Source: Nocardioidaceae bacterium (GTDB lineage: Bacteria; Actinomycetota; Actinomycetes; Propionibacteriales; Nocardioidaceae). From it: 32,105 bases of DNA. The position numbers and the translations under genes are program-made. The notes under the pieces were generated by a model. The model made no database searches. It was given only the letters and a program-made list of their open reading frames with translations, and had not been told where the DNA came from. The stretch's first letter is position 1. Every line of letters starts with the position of its first letter. Of the stretch, positions 16,810-25,227 are shown one piece after another. The stretch covers positions 1-32,105 of the forward strand of contig DASTGV010000105.1 of assembly GCA_035718765.1 (NCBI GenBank), in the 5' to 3' direction.

Positions 16810-18499
16810 GGCTGACCGTCGCGAAGTACTGGTGCAGCTGCGACACCACGACGGATCCCTCCCCGACCGCCGACGCGACCCTCTTCACCGAGCCGGAGCG
16901 CACGTCCCCGACGGCGAACAACCCGGGCACCGTCGTCTCGTACGGGTGCGGCTTGCGCTCGATCGCCCACCCGTGGCCGGCGGCGTCCGCCCCGGTGAGC
17001 AGGAACCCGTGCTTGTCGCGCTCCACGGCCTCCGGGAGCCAGTCGGTGCGGGGCTCGGCGCCGATCATCACGAACACGCCGTCCGCCCGCAGTGTCTCCT
17101 CGGCACCGGTCGACCGGTCCCGCAGCACGACCCGCTCGAGCCGCCCGTCGCCCTCGCCGGCGACCACCTCGGTGGTGGTGCGTACGTCGACCCGGGGGTC
17201 CGCGTCGATGGCGCCGACGAGGTAGGCCGACATGCTCTCGCCGAGCCCCTCACCGCGGATCACGACCGTCACCCGCTCGCAGTACCGGGCCAGGTGCAGG
17301 GCCGCCTGTCCCGCCGAGTTCCCACCGCCCACGACCACGGCGTGCAGGCCGGACAGGGCGTGCGCCGCCGTGACGTTGGCGCCGTAGTACACGCCCTTCC
17401 CGGACAGCGTCTCCAGGCTCTCGACGCCCAGCCGCCGGTAGGACACCCCGGTCGACACGACCACCGTGCGGGCCCGCACGGTCCCGACCCCGGACACGTG
17501 CGCCGCGAACTGGCGGCCCTCCCGGACGAGCTGGTCCACCTCGCGCATGAGCACGAAGTGCGCCCCGAAGACCCACGCCTGCTGGTAGCCGCGCTGCGCG
17601 AGCTCCGCACCGCTGACCCCGCGGGAGAAGCCGAGGTAGTTGCGGATCAGCGAGCTCGACCCGGCCTGGCCGCCGATCGACTCCTTCTCCACGACCAGCG
17701 TGCTGAACCCCTCCGAGGAGGCGTAGACCGCCGCGGCAAGCCCCGCCGGGCCTCCCCCGACGACGAGCACGTCGAAGTCGCGCTCGTCCTCGCCCAGCGT
17801 CGTCGGCACGCCCCACGCCTCGACGACCTCGGCGTCGGTGGGGTCCACCAGCGTCTTGCCGGCCAGCGCGGGCATCCACACCGCCACGTCCGCCCGGTTC
17901 GCCCCGGTCCGGTCGAGCACCTCGCGCCCGAGGTCGGAGTCCCGGTCGCGGAACGCGTGCGGCACCCCGTTGCGGGTGAGCAGGTTGCTGATCGCGTACG
18001 CCCGCGGTGACCGCGGCTCGGCCACCACCACGACCTCGCGCAGGTTGGACACCGCGCTGCGCGACCACTCCTGCACGAACTCGGCCACGGTCCGGTGGAA
18101 CAGCTCGTCGCGCTGGATCCACGGCTTGAGCACGTAGTAGTTGATGTGCCCGACCGCCATCGCGTGCAGGATCGCCTGGGCCGAGCCCCGGTCCGCCCAG
18201 GCACCCCAGTCGACGAGCAGCGTCCGCCGCGCATCCGGGTGCAGCCTGCGCACGAGGTCGAACAGGTCCGCCCGCTCCTTGTCCGGGAACTTGTCGTCGA
18301 CGAGGACGACCGCCACCTGGTCCTCGCGCTGGTGCGCTCCCTCGAGCAGCCGTCGGGCGTCGTCGACGCTCAGCTCGCCGCGGACCCGGAAGTCCCCGCC
18401 GAACGACCGCTGCAGCTCGGTCTCGATCCGGTCCAGCTGCGCGGGGTCGGCGTCCACCGCCAGCAGCAGTGGTCGGCCCGGCGGGACTGGAGTCGGCAC
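16802..18499 (-). CDS. Receiver-domain / thioredoxin-reductase-like FAD-dependent oxidoreductase fusion
   Basis: N-terminal REC-like region (LLAVDAD, VLVDD, YVLKPW); FAD motif VVGGGPAGLAAA; IRNYLGF; NAD(P)H motif VVGGGNSAGQAA; ETTVPGLFAVGDVRSGSVKRVASAVGEG. Overlaps the cyclase start by 8 bp. Confidence 0.92.
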   Translation of the reverse strand: MPTPVPPGRPLLLAVDADPAQLDRIETELQRSFGGDFRVRGELSVDDARRLLEGAHQREDQVAVVLVDDKFPDKERADLFDLVRRLHPDARRTLLVDWGAWADRGSAQAILHAMAVGHINYYVLKPWIQRDELFHRTVAEFVQEWSRSAVSNLREVVVVAEPRSPRAYAISNLLTRNGVPHAFRDRDSDLGREVLDRTGANRADVAVWMPALAGKTLVDPTDAEVVEAWGVPTTLGEDERDFDVLVVGGGPAGLAAAVYASSEGFSTLVVEKESIGGQAGSSSLIRNYLGFSRGVSGAELAQRGYQQAWVFGAHFVLMREVDQLVREGRQFAAHVSGVGTVRARTVVVSTGVSYRRLGVESLETLSGKGVYYGANVTAAHALSGLHAVVVGGGNSAGQAALHLARYCERVTVVIRGEGLGESMSAYLVGAIDADPRVDVRTTTEVVAGEGDGRLERVVLRDRSTGAEETLRADGVFVMIGAEPRTDWLPEAVERDKHGFLLTGADAAGHGWAIERKPHPYETTVPGLFAVGDVRSGSVKRVASAVGEGSVVVSQLHQYFATVSHD

Positions 18500-18704
18500 G
18501 CTTCGAGGCTAGGGACGCAGCCCCCGGCGCGCACCGGGGATCAGTCACCCCAAACAGGCCGAACCCCTAGCAGACCGGAAGGTAAAAACTGGGTGACCTG
18601 TCGCGTCGGGCGGCGCGTTCTCCCCCGTTTCACGCCACCGGCGGACGCCGGCGCAACAGACTTGCGCCAGGCCGTGCGACGGCACCGACACCCGTAGGGG
18701 ACAC

Positions 18705-19265
18705 ATGTTGACGACAGACGACCTGATCAGCACGACGTTCACGACGACGCGGCGGCGCGAGGGCTACGACATCGGTGAGGTCGACGAGTTCCTCACGAAC
18801 ACGACCGAGACCCTGCGGCACCGGGACGCGAAGATCCGCGAGCTGCAGGACAAGGTGGCGGGCTGCACCTGCTCGGAGGACCGTGGCGGGTCTGCGGACG
18901 CCGCAGCCACGTCCCCGGCACCCGGCGCGGTGCAGGGCTCCCAGGCGGCGGCCCGGCTGCTGGAGATCGCGGGCCGCAACGCCGACGAGCTCCTGACCGG
19001 GGCCACCGCGGACGCCGAGGCGACGGTGGCGACGGCGCGCGCGGAGGCGGACCAGGTGACGGCCGCCGCGCGGACCGAGGCCGAGCGGGTGCGCGCCGAG
19101 GCCGAGCAGCACCGCACGACCATGCTGTCCGAGCTGACCGAGCGTCAGGCGGCCCTCGAGGCCGAGATCGCCCGGCTCGAGCAGCTCGAGAGCGACCACC
19201 GCGCCGCGATGCGCACCTACCTCACCGAGCAGCTCGAGCACCTGGAGCCGACGCCCGCCGGTTGA
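18705..19265 (+). CDS. DivIVA domain-containing coiled-coil protein
   Basis: FTTTRRREGYDIGEVDEFL DivIVA signature, followed by AARLLEIA and an Ala/Glu-rich coiled coil. Confidence 0.88.
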   Translation: MLTTDDLISTTFTTTRRREGYDIGEVDEFLTNTTETLRHRDAKIRELQDKVAGCTCSEDRGGSADAAATSPAPGAVQGSQAAARLLEIAGRNADELLTGATADAEATVATARAEADQVTAAARTEAERVRAEAEQHRTTMLSELTERQAALEAEIARLEQLESDHRAAMRTYLTEQLEHLEPTPAG

Positions 19266-19287
19266 CGCGCGCCGCCCCCGGAGCGGC

Positions 19288-20769
19288 TCAGCGCGAGCGC
19301 ATGCCCGAGGAGAACGACGCGGCGTCGTGGCTCCGCGCACCGCTGTTGCCACGGGTGCCGCGGGCCGGCGTGCCCGAGGAAGACCCCGACGAGCCCGAGC
19401 CTGAGCCCTTGCCCCGCGCACGGGGCTGGCCCTGGCCCGCCCCGCCGCGGCCGGAGCGGCGGCTGCGGTTGCGCCCACCGCCCCCACCGGCCGGGGCCGC
19501 CTGCCCGCGGCCACGTGCCGGCCGCGGCTCGGCGGACTCGGTGACGGTGTCGATCGGCGCGAGGACCCGACGCTCCCCCGGCGCGATGGTCGTCAGCAGC
19601 GGGTGGCCCAGGCCGACCTTCGTGGTGGTGGGCTTGATGCCGGCCTTGCGGGTCAGGTCGCGTACGTCGGCCTGCTGACCGTCGACCATGACCGTGACGA
19701 CCGTCCCCGAGGCGCCGGCGCGCGCCGTACGCCCGGAGCGGTGCAGGTAGGCCTTGTGCTCCGCCGGCGGGTCGGCGTGCACGACCAGGCCGACGTCGTC
19801 GACGTGGATGCCCCGGGCGGCGATGTCGGTGGCGACGAGCGTGGTCGCCTTGCCCGACGAGAACGCGTCGAGCGCGCGGGTGCGGGCACCCTGCGACAGG
19901 TTGCCGTGCAGCTCGACCGCGGGCACGCCGCGCTGGTTGAGCTGGCGGGCCAGCACCTTGGCGCCGCGCTTGGTGCGGGTGAACAGCACGGTTCGGCCGG
20001 GCGCGGCGGCCAGGTCGGTGATCACGTCGAGGCGGCCGTTGCGGTCCACGTGCAGGACGTGGTGGGTCATCGAGGAGACCGGCGACTGCGCGGTGTCGAC
20101 GCTGTGCACGACCGGCGAGTCGAGGTACCGGCGCACCAGCACGTCGACGCCGGCGTCGAGGGTCGCGGAGAACAGCAGCCGCTGCCCGCCGCGCGGGGTC
20201 TTGTCGAGGATCCGCTTGACGCCGGGCAGGAAGCCCAGGTCGGCCATGTGGTCGGCCTCGTCCAGCACGGTCACCGCGACGGCGGACAGGTCGACGTTCC
20301 CGGAGCGAAGGTGGTCCTCGAGACGCCCGGGGCAGGCGACGACGATGTCGACACCACGACCGAGGGCCTGGACCTGCGGGCCGGGCTTCACACCGCCGTA
20401 CACCGTGAGGGTGCGCAGGCCGGCGCTCTTGGCGAGCGGCGCCAGGGCGGCGTCGATCTGGTTCACCAGCTCCCGGGTCGGGGCCAGGATGAGGCCGCGC
20501 GGGCGGCGGGCCTGGGCGCGGCCTCCGGCCGCAGCGAGGCGGGCGACGAGCGGCAGGAGGAACGCGTAGGTCTTGCCGGAGCCGGTCCGGCCGCGGCCGA
20601 GCACGTCGCGCCCGGCGAGCGAGTCCGGCAGCGTGGCGGACTGGATCGGGAACGCGGTGGTGATGCCCTGGGCCGTCATCTGGTCGACGAGCGACGCAGG
20701 CACGCCGAGGTCGGCGAAGGTGGGGGCTGACGGGGTTGCGGCAGCAGAGGAGGGGCGGCGGTCCGCCAT
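19288..20769 (-). CDS. DEAD/DEAH-box RNA helicase (RhlE-like)
   Basis: ATG at 20769 with GGAG RBS. Q motif FPIQ, GRTGSGKT, PTREL, DEAD, SAT, ARGIH, HRSGRTARAG, and an Arg/Gly-rich C-terminal tail. Confidence 0.95.
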   Translation of the reverse strand: MADRRPSSAAATPSAPTFADLGVPASLVDQMTAQGITTAFPIQSATLPDSLAGRDVLGRGRTGSGKTYAFLLPLVARLAAAGGRAQARRPRGLILAPTRELVNQIDAALAPLAKSAGLRTLTVYGGVKPGPQVQALGRGVDIVVACPGRLEDHLRSGNVDLSAVAVTVLDEADHMADLGFLPGVKRILDKTPRGGQRLLFSATLDAGVDVLVRRYLDSPVVHSVDTAQSPVSSMTHHVLHVDRNGRLDVITDLAAAPGRTVLFTRTKRGAKVLARQLNQRGVPAVELHGNLSQGARTRALDAFSSGKATTLVATDIAARGIHVDDVGLVVHADPPAEHKAYLHRSGRTARAGASGTVVTVMVDGQQADVRDLTRKAGIKPTTTKVGLGHPLLTTIAPGERRVLAPIDTVTESAEPRPARGRGQAAPAGGGGGRNRSRRSGRGGAGQGQPRARGKGSGSGSSGSSSGTPARGTRGNSGARSHDAASFSSGMRSR

Positions 20770-20890
20770 AGGTGTACTCCGATGAGTGGAAGGGTCGTCC
20801 TGCCCGGCGCGGGTCGTGCCCGCGGCGCTCGGTTGGATGACGCGAGAAGCGGCCCGAGGCAGAACTGATGGGGCCGCTGCGTCCACGGTA
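20770..20890 (-). promoter_or_regulatory. Putative -10 (TACCGT, 20885-20890) and structured ~110-nt 5' leader of the DEAD-box gene
   Basis: 8-bp stem AGCGGCCC/GGGCCGCT (20848-20855 with 20871-20878) begins right at the expected transcription start. Confidence 0.45.
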
Positions 20891-20943
20891 CGGCACCGGC
20901 GGCGAATCGCCCGTATCCGTGCGGGTGAGCCGCGTCACCGCGG

Positions 20944-21807
20944 CTACAGCACCAGGTCGGCCAGCCGGTCGACCTGCTCCAGCGAGGTCGTCGTGGGGGC
21001 GAAGGTCAGCTCGGTGATGCCGGCGTCCTCGAACGCCCGCAGCGCGCCCCGGATGGCGTCCTTCGAGCGGAGCGCACGGTCGGCGACCTGGTCGGCGTAC
21101 GGGCCGAGGAACGCGTAGTAGTCGCGGAGGTAGGACCGGGACTCCTCCTCCGCGTCGTCGCCGAGCGAGAAGTAGGCGAGCGCCGCCAGCCGCGGCTCCC
21201 CCGCACGACCGGCCTCCTGCCAGGCCGCGACGACCTTGGGCGCCATGCCCGCGGCCAGGTCGGGGGTGCCGCCGCCCATCGTCCAGCCCGCGCCGTACGT
21301 CGTGACCCGGCGGATCGCCGCGTCGCTGGTGCCGCCGACCATCACGGGCACACGCCGGTCGCGCACCGGCACCGGACCGACGGGATGGGCGCTGCCGGCC
21401 ACCGGCTCGCCACGCCAGGCCTGGTGCAGCAGCGCGAGCTGCTCGTCGAGGATCCGTCCGCGCCTTGCGAAGTCGACTCCCGCCAGGGCGTAGTCGTCCT
21501 CCCGGCCGCCGACGGCGAGCCCGAGGCTGAACCGGCCGCCGGAGAGCTGGTCGAGGCTCGCGGCGGCCTTGGCCAGCTGGACCGCCGGGTACAACGGGGC
21601 CAGCAGGATGTTGGTGTGCAGCTCGATGCGGCTGGTGGCGCCTGCCGCGGCCGCAAGCGTGGTCAGCGAGTCGTGGCTGGGGTAGCCGAGCCGGTCGATG
21701 GTCGCCAGCGAGGCGAGGCCGCGCTCCTCCGCGTGCTTCGCCCACGCGAGGAGCCTGGTGCCCGGGACGCCGGGCACGGGGTTCGGGAGACCGATGCCGA
21801 TCCTCAT
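20944..21807 (-). CDS. LLM class flavin/F420-dependent oxidoreductase
   Basis: MRIGIGLP, AEERGLASLATIDR, AAAAGATSRIEL, SLDQLSGGRFSLGLAVG, PVMVGG luciferase-like motifs. Confidence 0.92.
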   Translation of the reverse strand: MRIGIGLPNPVPGVPGTRLLAWAKHAEERGLASLATIDRLGYPSHDSLTTLAAAAGATSRIELHTNILLAPLYPAVQLAKAAASLDQLSGGRFSLGLAVGGREDDYALAGVDFARRGRILDEQLALLHQAWRGEPVAGSAHPVGPVPVRDRRVPVMVGGTSDAAIRRVTTYGAGWTMGGGTPDLAAGMAPKVVAAWQEAGRAGEPRLAALAYFSLGDDAEEESRSYLRDYYAFLGPYADQVADRALRSKDAIRGALRAFEDAGITELTFAPTTTSLEQVDRLADLVL

Positions 21808-21915
21808 GCCGGGTCAACCCGTTCGCCGTCCGGCCTGTTCCGCCGGCGGACCGCCCGCGCGGGTCTCTGCTGCTCACCGAGCCGGCCCGGGTGCCCCGCG
21901 GCGTACCGTGGTGCC

Positions 21916-22164
21916 GTGCGCGGCGACCGGGTGGAGATCGTCATCGATGCGGGCGGAGAGGTCCGCACCTACGACATCGTGGCCACCCGCAACGGGCGCC
22001 GCGTCGAGATCAACACCGGGCGCGGGATCGTCGAGGTCGCCGAGGTGACGCGGAGCGGTACGCCGGTGCGCACCGCCCGCTTCATGGCGAGCCGCATCCT
22101 CGCCCTGGTCGAGCACCCGGCGAGTGCGCCGAACATCGCCGACGGCGTGCCGCCGGTGCGCTGA
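21916..22164 (+). CDS. Small hypothetical protein (82 aa), probably leaderless
   Basis: GTG start 6 nt after TACCGT. MRGDRVEIVIDAGGEVRTYDIVATRNGRRVEI... has GC3-rich codons and fills the intergenic gap. Confidence 0.75.
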   Translation: MRGDRVEIVIDAGGEVRTYDIVATRNGRRVEINTGRGIVEVAEVTRSGTPVRTARFMASRILALVEHPASAPNIADGVPPVR

Positions 22165-22186
22165 GGAACCTTCCGCTCAGCCTGGA

Positions 22187-22807
22187 TCAGGCCATCTCGG
22201 GGACGTGCAGGTGGGCCAGCACCAGGTCGAACTCCTGCACGGCCTGGACGGTGGCGCTCATCTCGTTGGCCGTGCGCTCCCGCAGGGCGTTGGAGCGCTC
22301 CCTGGCCGCGTCGAGGGCCGCGCGGCTGTCGTAGGCGACCGTCACCAGCGCGCGCCCGGTGGCCCGGTTCACCAGCATGCTGGCGCTGCAGAAGCCGTCG
22401 AACTCCTCCAGCGCGGGCAACGTGGTCAGCTTGAAGACGTCGATCGAGCGGTCCACGTCGGACTGGACGCCCTGGATCCACGTCGAGCGGACGCAGGCAC
22501 CGGCACCGGAGGCGTGGTCGCGGTGCATGACGGCGATCTCCCACTCCTCCACCCGCGGCGTCGAGCCGAAGAGCTCGCCGGCACGGTCCCGCATCGGGGC
22601 CACAGCGGACTCGGTGGCGCGCATGGCCTCCTCCGACTCCCAGGCACTCGTGGCGATGCAGCGTCCGGAGTCCCGGTCGGCCACCAGGGACATGCCGACG
22701 CAGCCCGGCATGCTCGTCACGGCGCCGAACACCTCGTCACGGATGTACGCCAGTCCCGCCTCGATGTCTGTCGGTCGCGTGTCCAGCGTGGTGGTTCGTG
22801 CGTGCAC
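22187..22807 (-). CDS. Tandem ABM-like (dimeric alpha+beta barrel) protein
   Basis: GTG with AAGGGAGAGG RBS. Two internal repeats: MPGCVGMSLVADRDSGRCIATSAWESEEAM and FDGFCSASMLVNRATGRALVTVAYDSRAAL. Confidence 0.8.
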   Translation of the reverse strand: MHARTTTLDTRPTDIEAGLAYIRDEVFGAVTSMPGCVGMSLVADRDSGRCIATSAWESEEAMRATESAVAPMRDRAGELFGSTPRVEEWEIAVMHRDHASGAGACVRSTWIQGVQSDVDRSIDVFKLTTLPALEEFDGFCSASMLVNRATGRALVTVAYDSRAALDAARERSNALRERTANEMSATVQAVQEFDLVLAHLHVPEMA

Positions 22808-22970
22808 GGGCCTCTCCCTTCGCTCCGGTGACGTCCGTATGGCGCCGCCGATCCCCTCACGCTGCTCGGGTCGTCGGGCGCTCGCAATGGGCCATCCGCT
22901 ATGTCCGCCCGCAGGTCTGAACCACCCACGCCGCTTCACGAGCGGCAATGTCCGGGTATCCGAGCCCCGG

Positions 22971-25136
22971 TCACGGAGAGGGCAGACGGAGCGAGCGCGC
23001 GAGGTCGCGCGTCAGCCTGAGGCTCCAGGTGAGGGAGATGTGCGCCGAGTCCCGGTAGGTGACGACCCCGTCGACGACAAGCGGGCAGCGCTGCCGCAGG
23101 CAGACGGTCCGGGTGACGTCGACGAAGGTGCCACCGCTGCGCTCGGTGGCCCGCCGGGTCACGGCGTTGGCCGTCCTCGTGACCTGCTGGGCGTGCTGGG
23201 TGCAGGTGGCCATCGTGGAGCCGGGGTCGGTCAAGCAGTCGGCGGGCGCGAGGTCCAGGGCCGTGACGTCCCCGATGACCTTCACCTTGCGTGCGAGCGA
23301 GGAGAGCCGGGTCACGCTGGAGGAGACGCCCGCCACCCACGCTTCGACGGCGCTCTGGCCGGGAGCCGGCGCGACGGCCCACAGACCGCGGTAGGCCAGC
23401 AGGAGCAGGTCGGGGTGCAGCCGCTCGATCCGGGCGCGGGCCCAGGACCGGAAGGCGGGGCAGTCGGGAGAGCGGACCCCCTGGTGGAGCTGCTCGACGT
23501 CGAACGGCCCGCAGCCGAGCTTGACGAACGGCACCACCCGGTAGCCCGCCTCCTTGCCGATGGCGCTCAGCGTCGGCAGCCACATGCCCGCATGCGAGTC
23601 GCCGTACACGGCGATGGTCCGGCGCGCGTGGACATCGCCGAGGGGGCACACCCGGGCTCTCGGCTCCCCCCAGCCGGCGTAGCAGCGGAAGACGCGCTGC
23701 CACACGTCCCGGTCGAGGTGCTCGAGGTTGACGAGGGGGAACGGGATGGGTGCCCCCTTGTCGGCCAGGCGCAGCGCGTCACCGATGAGGGCCGGGACGG
23801 GCCGCGTCCGACGCACCCGGGGCTCGTGGGGCACCGCGGCCCGGGAGCGCGTCCCGCTGTCGTCGACCGGGGCAGCGAGCGCCGGTCGCGCCCCGTCCGA
23901 GAGCCCGTGCACGCGGGCCTCGAACGCGTTCAGGGCCGTGGCGTTCGCCCATGCGCCGGCTACCAGCACGGACGAGACCGCGACCGGCCACAGGCTCAGT
24001 GCTCGCCGACCGCGGACGAGCCGACCGTGCGAGTGCCGGACCGGGTTCTCCACGAGGTGGTAGCCGAGAGCGGACAGGAGCGCGGCCACGCCGACCAGCT
24101 CGACGGTCCCGACCGGACCGGAGCCGACGTACGGGGCACCGAGGACGAGCACCGGCCAGTGCCAGAGGTAGAGCGAGTAGGACACGTCGCCGACATACCG
24201 CACCGGTGACAGGGTCAGCAGGCGACCGGGCCCCACCGGGCCGTCCGCACCGGCGGCCAGCACCGCAGCCGTCCCCAGCACCGGGAGCAGCGCCCGCCAG
24301 CCGGGGAACGGCGTCGACCCGTCGAACGACACGGCGGCCAGGAGGACCGCGGCCAGCCCACCACTTGTCAGCAGGTGCCGGGCGGTCCGGGACAACCGGT
24401 GCAGGTGGTTCCCGGCCAGCGCGAGCAGCACGCCGGTCGCGAGCTCCCAGGCGCGCGTCATCGAGGAGAAGTACGCCGCCACGGGCGACCGGGACGTCAG
24501 CAGCACCGACCACGCCAGCGACGCCAGCCAGGTCGCGGCGACGACCGCGGCGGTCACGGCCAGCCGGTGCCGGCGGCGGGCGAGGAGCACGAAGACGACC
24601 AGCAGCACGGCGGGCCACACCAGGTAGAACTGCTCCTCGACGGCGAGCGACCAGTAGTGCTGCACCGGGGAGACGGCCCGGTCCTGCTCGAAGTAGTCGA
24701 CGCCGAGCCGGGAGAAGTGGACGTTGGCCGCGAACAGCGCCGACCAGCGGACGTCGCCGACCAGCTCGGAGACGCGCGTGACCGACAGCCTGGTCGCCGC
24801 GAACACCGCCGTCGTGGCGAGCACCAGCGCCGCGGCCGACAGGATCCGTCGGGCGCGCCGCGCGTAGTACGGGCCCACGCGCACGCGTCCGGTCGTCGTC
24901 GCCTCGTGCAGCAGCAGCGACGAGATCAAGAACCCCGACACCACGAAGAAGACGTCGACCCCGACGAACCCACCGCCGAGCCAGGGAACGCCGGCGTGGT
25001 CCAGGAGCACCAGGACCACCGCCAGGGCGCGGAGGCCTTGGATGTCCGCCCGCGGCGACAGTCGCGGCAGCGGACCGGGCTCGCGTCGGGAGCGACGGTC
25101 GAGCGTCTGCTCCTCCGCACCTCGCGAGCCGGCCAT
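22971..25136 (-). CDS. OafA/OatA-type O-acyltransferase (Acyl_transf_3 plus SGNH domain)
   Basis: RADIQGLRALAV, GGFVGVDVFFVVSGFLI, HYWSLAVEEQFY, GDVSYSLYLWHWP; C-terminal GDSHA and YRDSAH. Confidence 0.93.
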   Translation of the reverse strand: MAGSRGAEEQTLDRRSRREPGPLPRLSPRADIQGLRALAVVLVLLDHAGVPWLGGGFVGVDVFFVVSGFLISSLLLHEATTTGRVRVGPYYARRARRILSAAALVLATTAVFAATRLSVTRVSELVGDVRWSALFAANVHFSRLGVDYFEQDRAVSPVQHYWSLAVEEQFYLVWPAVLLVVFVLLARRRHRLAVTAAVVAATWLASLAWSVLLTSRSPVAAYFSSMTRAWELATGVLLALAGNHLHRLSRTARHLLTSGGLAAVLLAAVSFDGSTPFPGWRALLPVLGTAAVLAAGADGPVGPGRLLTLSPVRYVGDVSYSLYLWHWPVLVLGAPYVGSGPVGTVELVGVAALLSALGYHLVENPVRHSHGRLVRGRRALSLWPVAVSSVLVAGAWANATALNAFEARVHGLSDGARPALAAPVDDSGTRSRAAVPHEPRVRRTRPVPALIGDALRLADKGAPIPFPLVNLEHLDRDVWQRVFRCYAGWGEPRARVCPLGDVHARRTIAVYGDSHAGMWLPTLSAIGKEAGYRVVPFVKLGCGPFDVEQLHQGVRSPDCPAFRSWARARIERLHPDLLLLAYRGLWAVAPAPGQSAVEAWVAGVSSSVTRLSSLARKVKVIGDVTALDLAPADCLTDPGSTMATCTQHAQQVTRTANAVTRRATERSGGTFVDVTRTVCLRQRCPLVVDGVVTYRDSAHISLTWSLRLTRDLARSLRLPSP

Positions 25137-25227
25137 ACACCCACGATGTCGCCGAAAACGGCCCAATCGCCACGGCCGAACGACCCGTCGCTACGGGTAC
25201 CTTCGCACCGCCCGCACCGCGCGTGCC

